A stretch of DNA of 64,000 bases, taken from Mobula hypostoma. Its lineage: Eukaryota. A program made the position numbers and the translations under genes. Where the stretch lies: contig NC_086097.1 in NCBI RefSeq assembly GCF_963921235.1, positions 96,660,001-96,724,000 on the forward strand. Direction: 5' to 3'. The notes beneath the pieces were generated by a model, which made no database searches, had not been told where the DNA came from, and saw only the letters and a list, made by a program, of their open reading frames with translations. Shown piece after piece: positions 52,157 to 62,487 of this stretch (the first letter of the stretch is position 1; every line of letters begins with the position of its first letter).

Positions 52157-52538
52157 TTTTAGACAGTCTACCTAGAGCAGGTACCTCAATACACTAGAGA
52201 AGTACAACCAATACAGCCGTTAACAGATCCTCTAAATCCACTGTTTCAGCAAAGTGAACCTATGTCACTGTCTTCTCCCGGGCTATCCTCCCCAGCTGGA
52301 CTCATTCAGTTCTGATGGACTGGCCACTTTGTTTGCAAGCCTGATAACAAACTCCCATTTCCTATCCTGAGCTCTACTAAGGGAAGAGATTACCAGACAG
52401 ACAAAAAAAATTCAAGACAGTTCTCAAAGGTTCCTTGAAGAAGTGTGACAATCTCTGGGGTCTGTGACCACTCAAAACAGAGCAGCATTAGGATAACAAT
52501 GAAAACTGAATCCATACATCAGAAGCACATAAGCCAGT

Positions 52539-52576
52539 TAGTCCTGACGAAGGGTCTCGGCCTGAAACGTCGACTG
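52539..52576 (+). ncRNA. Minimal type-I hammerhead ribozyme (Penelope-associated), intact
   Basis: UAGUC CUGACGA AGG-GUCUCGG-CCU GAAAC GUC^ GACUG: stem I UAGUC/GACUG, full catalytic core, stem II AGG/CCU, loopless palindromic ACGU stem III, GUC cleavage triplet. Confidence 0.8.
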
Positions 52577-52634
52577 TACCTCTTCCTAGAGATGCTGCCT
52601 GGCCTGCTGCGTTCACCAGCAACTTTGATGTGTG
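52541..52634 (+). mobile_element. 94-bp Penelope terminal-repeat insertion with 10-bp TSD, carrying an intact hammerhead
   Basis: aagccagtta at 52531-52540 and 52635-52644. Confidence 0.82.
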
Positions 52635-52769
52635 AAGCCAGTTACCAGTTCACATACCACGAAAGAGATTCAGAAAATTGAAAGTCTGTGGATCTATTTC
52701 TACCCTCAAGCCAATGGGTTGTCTCTTGGACCAGATTTGTGTGAAGCTGGTCACTGAGGGAAAGGAAAA

Positions 52770-53740
52770 CAGTGATACAGTTTTCTTCATCCTTACATAC
52801 CACCCCATGAGCCTCCGCACTCAGCACATCACTCTCTGTAACCTGCAATCTTCAACAGGATCTTACCACAAAACACATCTTTCCCTTCCCCATCCGCTAC
52901 TCTCTCCAGGGATCACTCTCTGCATGACTCACTTGTTCACTTGTCCTTCCCGGTACTTATCCCTGCAAGCAGGAAAAGTGCTACACTTGCCCTACACCTC
53001 CTCTTTCATCACCAGAACAATTTTAGCAGGAGAGGCGACACTTCACCTGCAAGTCTGCTGGGGTCATCTATTGTATCTGATGCACCCAGTGCAGCCTCCT
53101 CTACAATGGGAAGACCTAACGTAGAATGATGGACCACTTCATCGAGCACTTTTGCCCCACCCATGACAAAAAGGTGAGATTTCCCGGTGGCACTTTTAAA
53201 AATTCTACCACACATTCTCATTCCAGCACGCCAGCCCATGGCCTCCTCTGCAGTCACAACGATGCACTCTCAGGTTAGAAGAGCAATACCTCATATTCCA
53301 TCTGGGTAGTCTTCCATCTCATGGCATGAACAATGATTTCTCTAACTTCTAGTAATTTCTTCCTCCTCTCTTTTTCCATTTCCCATTCTGGCTCCCCTAA
53401 AACCTTCTCCTCACTTTTCTCCAGAGACCCCCTTCCCTTTCTCCCATGGTCCACTGTCCTCTCTCATCAGATTCCTTCTTCTTAAGCCCTTTACCTCTTC
53501 TACCCGTCATCTCCCAGCTTCTTACTTCATCCCTCCTTTCCCTCACCTGGTTTCACCCAACACCTGCTCCTCCCTCACTTTCTTATTCTAGCTTTCCCCC
53601 CTTCCCCAGTGCTGATGAAGGGTCTCAGACCAAAATGTCAACTGTTTATTCCTCCGCATAGATGCTAGCTGACGTTCTGAGCTCCTGCAGCATTTTATGT
53701 GTGTTGCTCTGGATTTCCAGCATCTGCAGAATCTTGTGTC
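52770..53740 (+). mobile_element. Penelope-like element 3' part (GIY-YIG region and terminal repeat), decayed
   Basis: Peptide FILTYHPMSLRTQHI; colinear with 5740-6533; decayed hammerhead at ~53607-53644. Confidence 0.8.
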
Positions 53741-54809
53741 CAGACTTGAGCCAAGATGCAAGATTTTAACATACTCAACTACCACCATTTAATAGATACT
53801 GTTCTCTGCGCTGTATATCTCTGGATATCTTCAAGTCGTGGAACACCACATACTCCAAAATGCAAGGATATGATTATAAAAAGAATGGGGAGACCAAACC
53901 TTTGCCTGAGAATTAAGTCAAATTATGCACGTCAAGGAGGTGAATGCTGAAGTCTCTTACTATACAAAGTAAAGGTAAGGAAATGCCTCAAAAGTAAATT
54001 AAACACAGTTGGATGCAGTTCAAAGTCGAGTGCAGCAAATCTTTTTATAAGGGTACTTTCTACCCTCCTCTCTCACAGGTGCTGACAAGGTTGGCATAGG
54101 GGTTTCAGGGGACCTTAATGACAGACAGATGTTGAAAGGCTGTTCAGTTATAAAGCCAGTGACAATATAACCCAGACTGATCTTGTGTTTCCATCTAACA
54201 TTTGCACTTACTTTCTAGGAAGAATCATTTGCTGACCTTGCCCCAGTGCTATCTATTCCTTGGTGCTGCAGTCCAAAGATTGGCCTGGCTCCACTTCAGG
54301 AATATTATTCATACAAGATACATGGGCTTCACAGCCTGAGCTAGTACTTAATTGTCCCATCCTCGAATGCCCTGATTATTACTGACTAAATAAATGCTCA
54401 AACATTCTTGCTCAGATTAACATTCAAAACACTACATTATGAATACCATTGAGTTAACTGGATTTTATTTGTCTTTTTGAAATGTCACCCAGTTTCATTT
54501 GAAATGTCAGCCTAAATGTACCTCAAAGTGACTAATTTCCTTACAATTGCATTCCCCATGATTCCCTCAAACTACTTTCCACACATTCCCATCACCCACA
54601 TGCATTTTAAAGTGCAATTTACCATGGGCAATTAACCTACCAACTCACATCTTTGGGATGTGGGAGGAAACAAGAGCACCCAGGAGAAAACCATATGGTC
54701 ACAGTTAAACGTAACAACTGCACTTACGTGCAAATTCTAAATTTTAGGCAGGAAACCAAGTGATATGAATTTAATAGCTTTCAGCAGTTTGACCTGCTTT
54801 TGCACTTAC

Positions 54810-54886
54810 CACTTCATCTAAATTCTTTGTAATCTTAACTTCTTCATCTTCATTGAGCTGGGCTTCTCGCTCTCGGGCCTCTAAGT
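54810..54886 (-). CDS. DNAJC17: DNAJC17 coding exon (exon 5 equivalent): (D)LEAREREAQLNEDEEVKITKNLDEV
   Basis: 77 nt; acceptor tttaattacAG, donor GTaagt; phase 1 to 0; DLEARE motif. Confidence 0.93.
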
Positions 54887-55769
54887 CTGTAATTAAACTA
54901 CAATGTTACATGTAACAAGGCTTCCATGTGATAGTTACCCATTCTGACAATAGGCAAAAGGAGATAAAAATCAACTGTAGCACAACTTCTCTGATGCTCA
55001 AAAGAGATACTTTGTTTACACAATTCAGCTGAAATTTTCTCAGAAGGGAAGGATGCTCATTTTTTAAAGAGGATTTTAAAAGAATTGATTCTATACAGGT
55101 ATAGCTGAATGCGAGCAAAGTTGACTGCACTTTGGCTCAATCAGAAGAGCACCTCCTACTCTTAAAAACTGATGCATTTCCTGTCTAAAATCATGATAAG
55201 ATTTGCCACTATAGTTTCCCAAAAGTATTGAATTAAGAAGATTGTGGTATTAACAAGCTGTCAAGATGTCAAAAATGAATTCTCTCTGTTTAACTGACAG
55301 CAGCCAAGCAAACTTCTCACTCCAGTCCAAATTCAAATATTGCAAGCAGATCTGGCTGCAAATCAGTTCTAAGGATTCCCCAGTGCCACTGCAACACCTT
55401 AAAGGAAGTGCAAAGATTCTTCACATGATCAATCCAGCTATCTATCTGATATAAAATAAGTATTACTGGACAGGGCAAGCAGAGGGAAAATGGTACTGAT
55501 TCTCAGATGAGCCAACAACACACATCCAGAAAGGGCAATGAAAGAAGGACATGTCATCTAAGATGAAAGGACAGCAGTTACTTGTTCATTCACAGATATA
55601 CTGTGGGGCAAATGTCAGCACATATTGTTTCTCTTCATTGTCCTTGAAGTGAAGAGACAATGTAATTGTGACAGTGTGGACTTTTAGTTTACGTTCCACA
55701 GGAGCACATGCTTAATTTTATGTAGCTACTACTATCAATTTCATGCTCCATGGCAGATAGTTAAAGGAA

Positions 55770-56845
55770 CATACACAAAATGCTGGAGGAACTCAGCAGG
55801 CCAGGCAGCATCTATGGAAAAAAAAGTACAGACAATGTTTCGGGCCGAGACCCTTCATCAGGACTGGAGAAAAAAAAATGAGAAGTTAGAGTAAGAAAGT
55901 GGGGTGTGGGGGGAAGAGGAAGAAGTACATGTTGATAGGTGAAACTGGCGGGGGGTGAAGTAAAGAGCTGGGGAGTTAAATGGTGAAAGAGATACAGGGC
56001 TGGAGAAGGGTCAATCTGATAGAAGGCCATGGAAGAAAGAAAAGGGGGTGCACCAGAGTGAGGTGATGGGTAGGTAAGGAGATAGGTGAGAGAGGAAAAT
56101 GGGAATGGGGAATGGTGAAGGGTTGCGGGGGGCGGTATTACCACAAGTTTGAGAAATCGATGCTCATGCTATCAGGTTGGAAGCTATCCAGATGAACAAA
56201 GGGTGTTGCTCCTCCAACCTGAGTGTGGCCTCATCGCAACAGTAGAGGAGGCCATGGACTGACAAGTCAGAATGGGAACAGTAAGTGGAATTAAAATGGG
56301 TGGCCACTGGGAGACCCCACTTTTTCTGACATACAGAACATAGGTGCCCGGCGAAACGGTCTCCCAATCTACATTTGGACTCCGATATACAGGAGGGCAC
56401 ACCCGGAGTACGGGATACAGTAGATGACCCCAACAGACTCACAACTGAAGTGTCGCCTCACCTGGAAGGACTGTTTGGGACCCTAAATGGTAGTGAGGGA
56501 GGAGATGCAAGGGTAGGTGTAGTACTTGTTCCGCTTGCATGGATAAGTGCCAGGAGGGAGATCAGTGGGGAGGGACACAGATTTTCTTCTGCCCTGTATC
56601 TCTTTCACTAATCAACATCCCAGCTCTTTACTTCACCCCTCCCCCCTTCACCTGTGGTTCTACCTCCCCTCCCCCCACTTTCTTACACTGACTCCTCCAC
56701 CTTTTGTTCTCCAGTGCTGATGAAGGGTCTCAGCCCGAAACGTCGACTATACTCTTTTCCATAGAAGCTACCTGGCCTGCTGAGTTCCTCCAGCATTTTA
56801 TGTGTATTGCTTGAATTTCCAGTGTCCGCAGATTTTGTCTTGTCC
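55770..56845 (-). mobile_element. Penelope-like insertion with inverted terminal repeats at both ends
   Basis: Peptide ESKCRLGDRFAGHLCSV..LPVATHFN..HGLLYCCDEATLRLEEQH; flanks gttaaaggaa (55760-55769) and gttaacggaa (56846-56855); hammerhead motifs at 55829-55866 (-, mutated) and 56712-56749 (+). Confidence 0.85.
56712..56749 (+). ncRNA. Minimal hammerhead ribozyme, intact core, weakened stem I
   Basis: CAGUG CUGAUGA A GGG-UCUCAG-CCC GAAAC GUC GACUA. Confidence 0.65.
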
Positions 56846-57098
56846 GTTAACGGAATACTGCCTTTGCTCTGCCTGGTCAAAGGCTTCAAAGTTAGCCACA
56901 GAAAAGCTTCAATATAGATTTAATTGCTTTCACTATCGTTATCTTTTCTGGTTTTAATCATGGATCCAATATCATACAACTTGCTCACGGATATCCCAAT
57001 ATTTTTTCATGTTCAGTCCTCTGGTGCCTTATTTGTGATGAGAAGTAAAATTTATATTTTCCTAAATTGCTTAAAATTCTTATTAATATCTCACATAC

Positions 57099-57186
57099 CA
57101 AGCTTAACCTTCTTCCTTTTGCTGTCGAGTTTCTGGTTCCTTTCTGCTGCCCTTTTTTTGGCTTTCCTAATTTGATCATAGGCTGC
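57099..57186 (-). CDS. DNAJC17: DNAJC17 coding exon (exon 4 equivalent): [29 protein letters not shown](D)
   Basis: 88 nt; acceptor cttcctcttcaAG, donor GTatgt; phase 0 to 1. Matches [29 protein letters not shown]. Confidence 0.95.
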
Positions 57187-59264
57187 CTTGAAGAGGAAGA
57201 AAATCAAGTTAGCATGCTTATCATATTTCTCTATTCAAAATTTAAGCCAAACTGGTTTAACCAGAATAACCTGCAGTTGATATCCATATACAAAGTACAT
57301 GCTTTGTTGCCAGCAACCAATAATACAAGGAGCCATTTCTATATACCTCTCTCCAAATATCCCGAATACAGTTTCCTTTATGGTTCCCAAGAAATTTCAG
57401 CAGTGGTCCTTAATAAACACTCCCATTCACATACCTTCCAAAAACGAACACTGAATAAAACAGCAACGAAAATGGCATTCGTAATGCTGCATCTTGACAC
57501 CAAAGTTGTTCTCTGATTGCAGAAATATATAGCAGAGCATTGTCATACCTTTCCTTTGAAATGCAAGTATTAAGAACAATACCTCTGCTTTTTGTGAAGA
57601 GCTCTAATAGTTGAGGGGAAAATATCAGCACTCAAGGGACCAAGGGAAAAGTAGATTCATAACATAAATAAAAACAGTGTACAATGTTTGGGGTGGGGTG
57701 ATACCTGTTAATTGTTTTCCAGTAAATTATGGGATGTAGGCATTGCTGCAAGGTTAGCATTTAAATCCATCCTCATGTCCTTTGAAGTCAAATGGTAAAC
57801 TGCTATAGCACCACCTGTGAAGGTACTCCCTTAGTGGCATTGGGTAAGAATTCTAAAATTAAGGCATATTTACAGATGTTGATGCATTTTCCAAACAAAC
57901 GGATAACTCAGAAAACAAACTTGTTCTTGCTGACTTTCCCATCATGTAGGAGATTCAAAGAAGCCTTCCAAGTTAACTACAGTAGATTTTGTAAAAAGCA
58001 CACACTGCAGGAACAATGTGGTTGTGTTGGAAGGGATAAATGCTTACAGGTTAGATTAATGGCTGTAATCTCAATACCCAGGAGACGGCTGGTTAAACGG
58101 AAATCTTCTACTCCTGTTGTACTGCTAGACTTTGTTGAATGAGTAGCCTAATGCCCAGCAGATGAAAAAAGAGCTATGCTAGATTCAGGGCATACATGGA
58201 ACATATTCTGCTAAGGTTCACTTTAAATAACCTTTGAGATGAACATAGAATAAGAGTACTTTTCAACTTCAGGAATCTCTTCCAAGTGAGAGTTTGAGAT
58301 GTCATTCTACAAAGACTATATTAAATGCAACAAATAACTAATGAAACTAATACTCTTTAGTTGAGTATGTTTGAACAAGAAAAGTTACCCTGTCTGAAAG
58401 GTCTGCAAGTTGTGAAGCACAACCTTCAACCATCAGATCCAGCCTCTATTCTGGAGCATCAATGAGCCTACAAAACTCAGTGCCTGATTTTTCCAATGGG
58501 CAAAGCAGCTCAACCATGATCTTCCTGTGCAGTTTCCAGATCAAAAATTATTTATCTGTTTAATGCTTACTTCCGTTTCTACAAAGCCAATTGCAATCTT
58601 CTCATTTATGTCTTCTGCCATGGGTGAAGCCAGCTAATTCAGCATTGGCCAAGGATCGAACTTGGATCTTCTGGTCTACACAACCTGGCACTATAAGACA
58701 TTGTGCTTTTATTCAACAAGTAGCCAGGGATTAAAGATCCAAACTTTTCTAGCAAGTAGTCTGAAAGGCTGTTTCTGTTCTCTTGGTTGAATCTAATGAC
58801 AGCAATCCCTTACCTTCAACATGAGCAAGTAAGAAATGGGCATTGTATAGATGGGGTTGTTCTGAGAAGAAACATAAATTAAGATAAAGTGAAAGCAGTC
58901 TTTTGGGAAAAGCTTTAGTGAACCTGCAACTAATCATCTGTTGAAAACATTTTAAATCTTTTACACCAGGAAAGCTGGCAACCATTTGTAAACATCCTTG
59001 TAACCATCATCTGGTATAAATTACAGTCCACTTTTACTGATGAATTGTGGTTCCTACAGCGGCAGAAGCTGCAATGACCTTCTGCAAGTAATAAGCTGCA
59101 AGTAATGACTGAGAAACTCATGAAAAACAGAAGAAAATCTCAATATCTACACTAATATATGTTGACATCATCTGCCTCAAGACTAGAATGAAAAAAGAAA
59201 CAAAATTGGAACTCTCATTCAAAGACTAGCAGCTGTTCGTTGTAGCAAATGGAAACAAGACAGA

Positions 59265-59749
59265 CGAGGGGTGATTAATAAGTTTGTGGCCTAAGGTAGA
59301 AGGAGTCAATTTTAGAAAACCTAGCACATTTATTTTTCAACATCGTCCCCTCCTACATGTACACACTTAGTTCAGTGGTCGTGGAGCATACGGATCCCTT
59401 CCTTGTAGAAGTGGTCCACATCAGGGGTGATTGATAAGTTTATGGCCTAAGGTAGAAGGAGATGAGTTATACAGCTCTCGTTACATGTACGTGCAGTTCA
59501 ACTCTTTGAGTGAAAATGCAGAAAGTTTGAAGTTTCTCCTCATCTCCTTCTACCTTAGGACACGAACTTACCAACCACCCCTGCTGTGGACCACTTCTGG
59601 AGGTCCAAGATGCCGACTTCTACAAAGAAAGGATCCGTATGCTCCACGACCGCTGGACTAAGTGTGTAAATGTAGGAAAAATAAATGTGCTAGGTTTTCT
59701 AAAACTGACTCCTTCTCCCTTAGACCACGAACTTATCAATCACCCCTCA
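59265..59749. mobile_element. Mariner-like MITE with long inverted repeats
   Basis: cgaggggtgattaataagtttgtggcctaagg ... ccttagaccacgaacttatcaatcacccctca-TA; ~150-bp inverted arms and an internal extra copy of the terminus at ~59423-59460. Confidence 0.78.
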
Positions 59750-59819
59750 TACTAGTCTAGTAGAAAGCACTTTGAAAATTGGGTGGGGCAGAGAGTTCTC
59801 TACCCTGACTGATGCAATC

Positions 59820-60800
59820 TAACATGGTTTCCCAACAGTTTTACTTCATTAGGAGCTTGAGAAGATTTGGTTACAACAGTCTTTGTAACCAAAGACTTCT
59901 ACAATTTCTATAGATGTATGGTAGAGAGCCCGCCAAGAGGACTACAACCTCATCATAGGGTTTGAAGGGTTATGCGCCTCAAGCAATATTGGCTGGTGTA
60001 CGGGCCTTGTGCTTTGACTCATGCTAAACAGGTCAAAGAATAGAGGCCAGAATAAGAGCGGTCCACCAGTCCTCCAGGTTCGGAGGTTCAGCTCAGGGCT
60101 AACAACCAAAAATGCTGCGTCAACAGCAATGAAGAATCCTTCTATATCTGTGTGCAACGGTATTCCTCAGTCTTCACCCCGAACTTGCATGACTGACAGT
60201 AGTGAAAATCGAGAGGAAGCTATTGGCATGACGAAGGAAGCGCTGAACACTGCCAGAGACCAAGGCCAATGTGGTTTTGATAGCTGAGGACAGACAGGGA
60301 TGGAGGACCCCCATTGTAGCCCTAAACGCCAGTGGCATAACAGGCAACCTCTCATAGTGGAGAGCATTTTGACTGGCTGCATCACAAGCTGCTATGGAGG
60401 CTTCAATGCACAAGATTGCAAGAGGCTGCAAAGGATTGTAGACTCAGCCAGCTCCATCATGGGCATGACACTCCCAACCATCAAGATCATCTTCAAGGCC
60501 GTGCTGGATGAAGGCAGCATTCATACTGAGGACCCTCAACATCTGGGACATGCCTTCTTCTTGTCACTGCCACAGTGGAAGAGGTAAAGGAGTCTTGAGA
60601 CTTACATTTAGTGATTCAGAAACAGCTTCTTCCCCTTCGCCATTAGATTTATGAACAATCTAAGAACACTAGCTTGCCATACCTTTTTTTAAACTATTAA
60701 TTTATTTTTGTAATTTTATATCTTTTCACTATACTTTGCTACTGTGAAAAAAAAAACAAATTTAACATCATGTAAATCAGTGATAACAAATCTGATTCAG
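59820..60800 (+). mobile_element. Rex1-type LINE 3' end interrupted by a ~420-bp insertion (59930-60352)
   Basis: Peptide VESILTGCITSCYG..AQDCKRLQRIVDSASSIMG; imperfect duplication tatggtagagagc/catagtggagagc flanks the insert. Confidence 0.75.
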
Positions 60801-61514
60801 ATTCTTTTCCCTGTAGTCAAACAATCTTAACCATACATGGCTAAGACTCATGGGGTACACAAAGGAAACTTAATACTAACTAATACTGACCTAGTAAACA
60901 ACATCTTCTGAATAGGTATAGAGAGAATTCAATATAGTTGGAACTTTAATACATCCAATCCATGTTGTACAAGGAGTTTTCAACTAGGTGAGTTCCTCAA
61001 GATTACTAACTGCCACTTGTCACTTTCATAACAAAATTCACAGTATTTGCTGCTGCTTCTGCTACCTTCAATTGCTGGAGATGTACACAGGCAGGGATGG
61101 GAGAAAAGGGAGCTACTGAAAATGAGCTGCATTAGGGTTAGGGTTGAGTGAATCAACCAACTCTGAAAATCTTGTTTTCAAAACTTGCTAAACCACAAAT
61201 ACATCCTAGGTGGTGTCAGCATACAAATATATACCCACCATAGCTCAGTTTATGGCACGTGGGCCTGAATTTGAAGGCAATGGTTTCAAGTTTCATGGAG
61301 GTTATCAAGTTGCCAAAATAAAATCACATGGCACCAGTTCAAAGAGAGGAGAGTTATTCCAAATTCTTTATGCAACAGTATTTCTGAATCAACATCACTA
61401 AGGTAGAGAATCTAGTCATTACTCTGGGAGCAGGCTGAGTTTGAATTGACTACAATACTCCATATTTAAAGCAGAGACTTCATTGGTAATAAAGTAATAT
61501 ATGATGCAACCCAG

Positions 61515-61606
61515 ATGACATGCTGGAGGAACACAGAAGGTCAGGCAGCACCTATGGAGAGGAATAAAGAGTTGATTCTTCAGGCCGAGAACCTTCATCA
61601 GGACAG
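61515..61606 (-). repeat. Penelope terminal repeat, decayed hammerhead
   Basis: tgctggaggaacacagaaggtcaggcagcacctatgga...caggccgagaaccttcatcaggac. Confidence 0.7.
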
Positions 61607-61676
61607 TATATGATGTTGAGACCATGAAAAGTACTATACAAATTCAAGGTTTAATTTCTTTCTTTCAGCATCTTAC

Positions 61677-61735
61677 CTTTGCTGCTGCAGTTGTGAGGAC
61701 TTCCAGAGCCTGTGATAACTGATGGAACAATTCCG
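61677..61735 (-). CDS. DNAJC17: DNAJC17 coding exon (human exon 3 equivalent), J-domain helix III: (A)[19 protein letters not shown]
   Basis: 59 nt; acceptor tttaatttgcAG, donor GTaaga. Translation matches the recalled DNAJC17 segment [20 protein letters not shown]; ends in phase 0. Confidence 0.95.
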
Positions 61736-62487
61736 CTGCAAATTAAAAAGCAATATTGATTAAAAGGGTAATCTTTTGTAGATATGTAAAAGGTTGAACC
61801 CAGAGTGAATTGAAACTTCTAAGATTAACAAAATTGCATAGAATGTTGAGAGGTATCAAACAAGGATTGTTAATATTAACATATGAATCAGGAGCACTTA
61901 GTTCATCAAACTGGCTCTGGCATTTAGTAAGACCATCACACTACAATTTCAACTCCGCACTCCTGTCAGCCCTCTGTAGTCCTTTACCACCTTGCTTATT
62001 AAGAATTCATTGAAAGATCATCCTTTGAGGAAGACAGATTCAAAGGCTCATGACTCAAAGAGAGAAAAAAATTGTCTAAATTGGGTCACTTATTTCTCAA
62101 GATAGGTCCTAGTTCTAGATTTTCCTTGAAGGATTCATCCTTTCCACTTCCATTCTGCCAAGAACCCTTTTGATCTTGTGTTTCAATCAGGCCACCTATA
62201 CGTTTCTAAAGTTTGCCCATTCTCTGTTTGGGAATTAGAGTCAAATAGCACAGAAACCGACCATTTGGTCTACTCTTTGCACACCCGCAAACAAGGTCCT
62301 ATTTATGCTAATTCCATCTCCAACACTGAGCCCATAGCCTTCTCTGCCACAGCATTTCAAGAACACACCTAAATACTTCCTAAACTTTCTCTAAACCTCA
62401 TCGAATGCACAGAAGTTTTTCTTGAGAATAGTAACTTAGTCTTAATTGCAATCCATTTATTGAGCTCAGATCCATTGTTAGCAAATT

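Noticed and set aside
57067..57516. 149-aa plus-strand ORF
   Set aside because: Antisense to DNAJC17 exon 4 with a TTG start and no homology; probably a shadow ORF.
59990..60070. Possible HDV-like ribozyme in the RTE-like insert
   Set aside because: I could not build the nested double pseudoknot from this copy.
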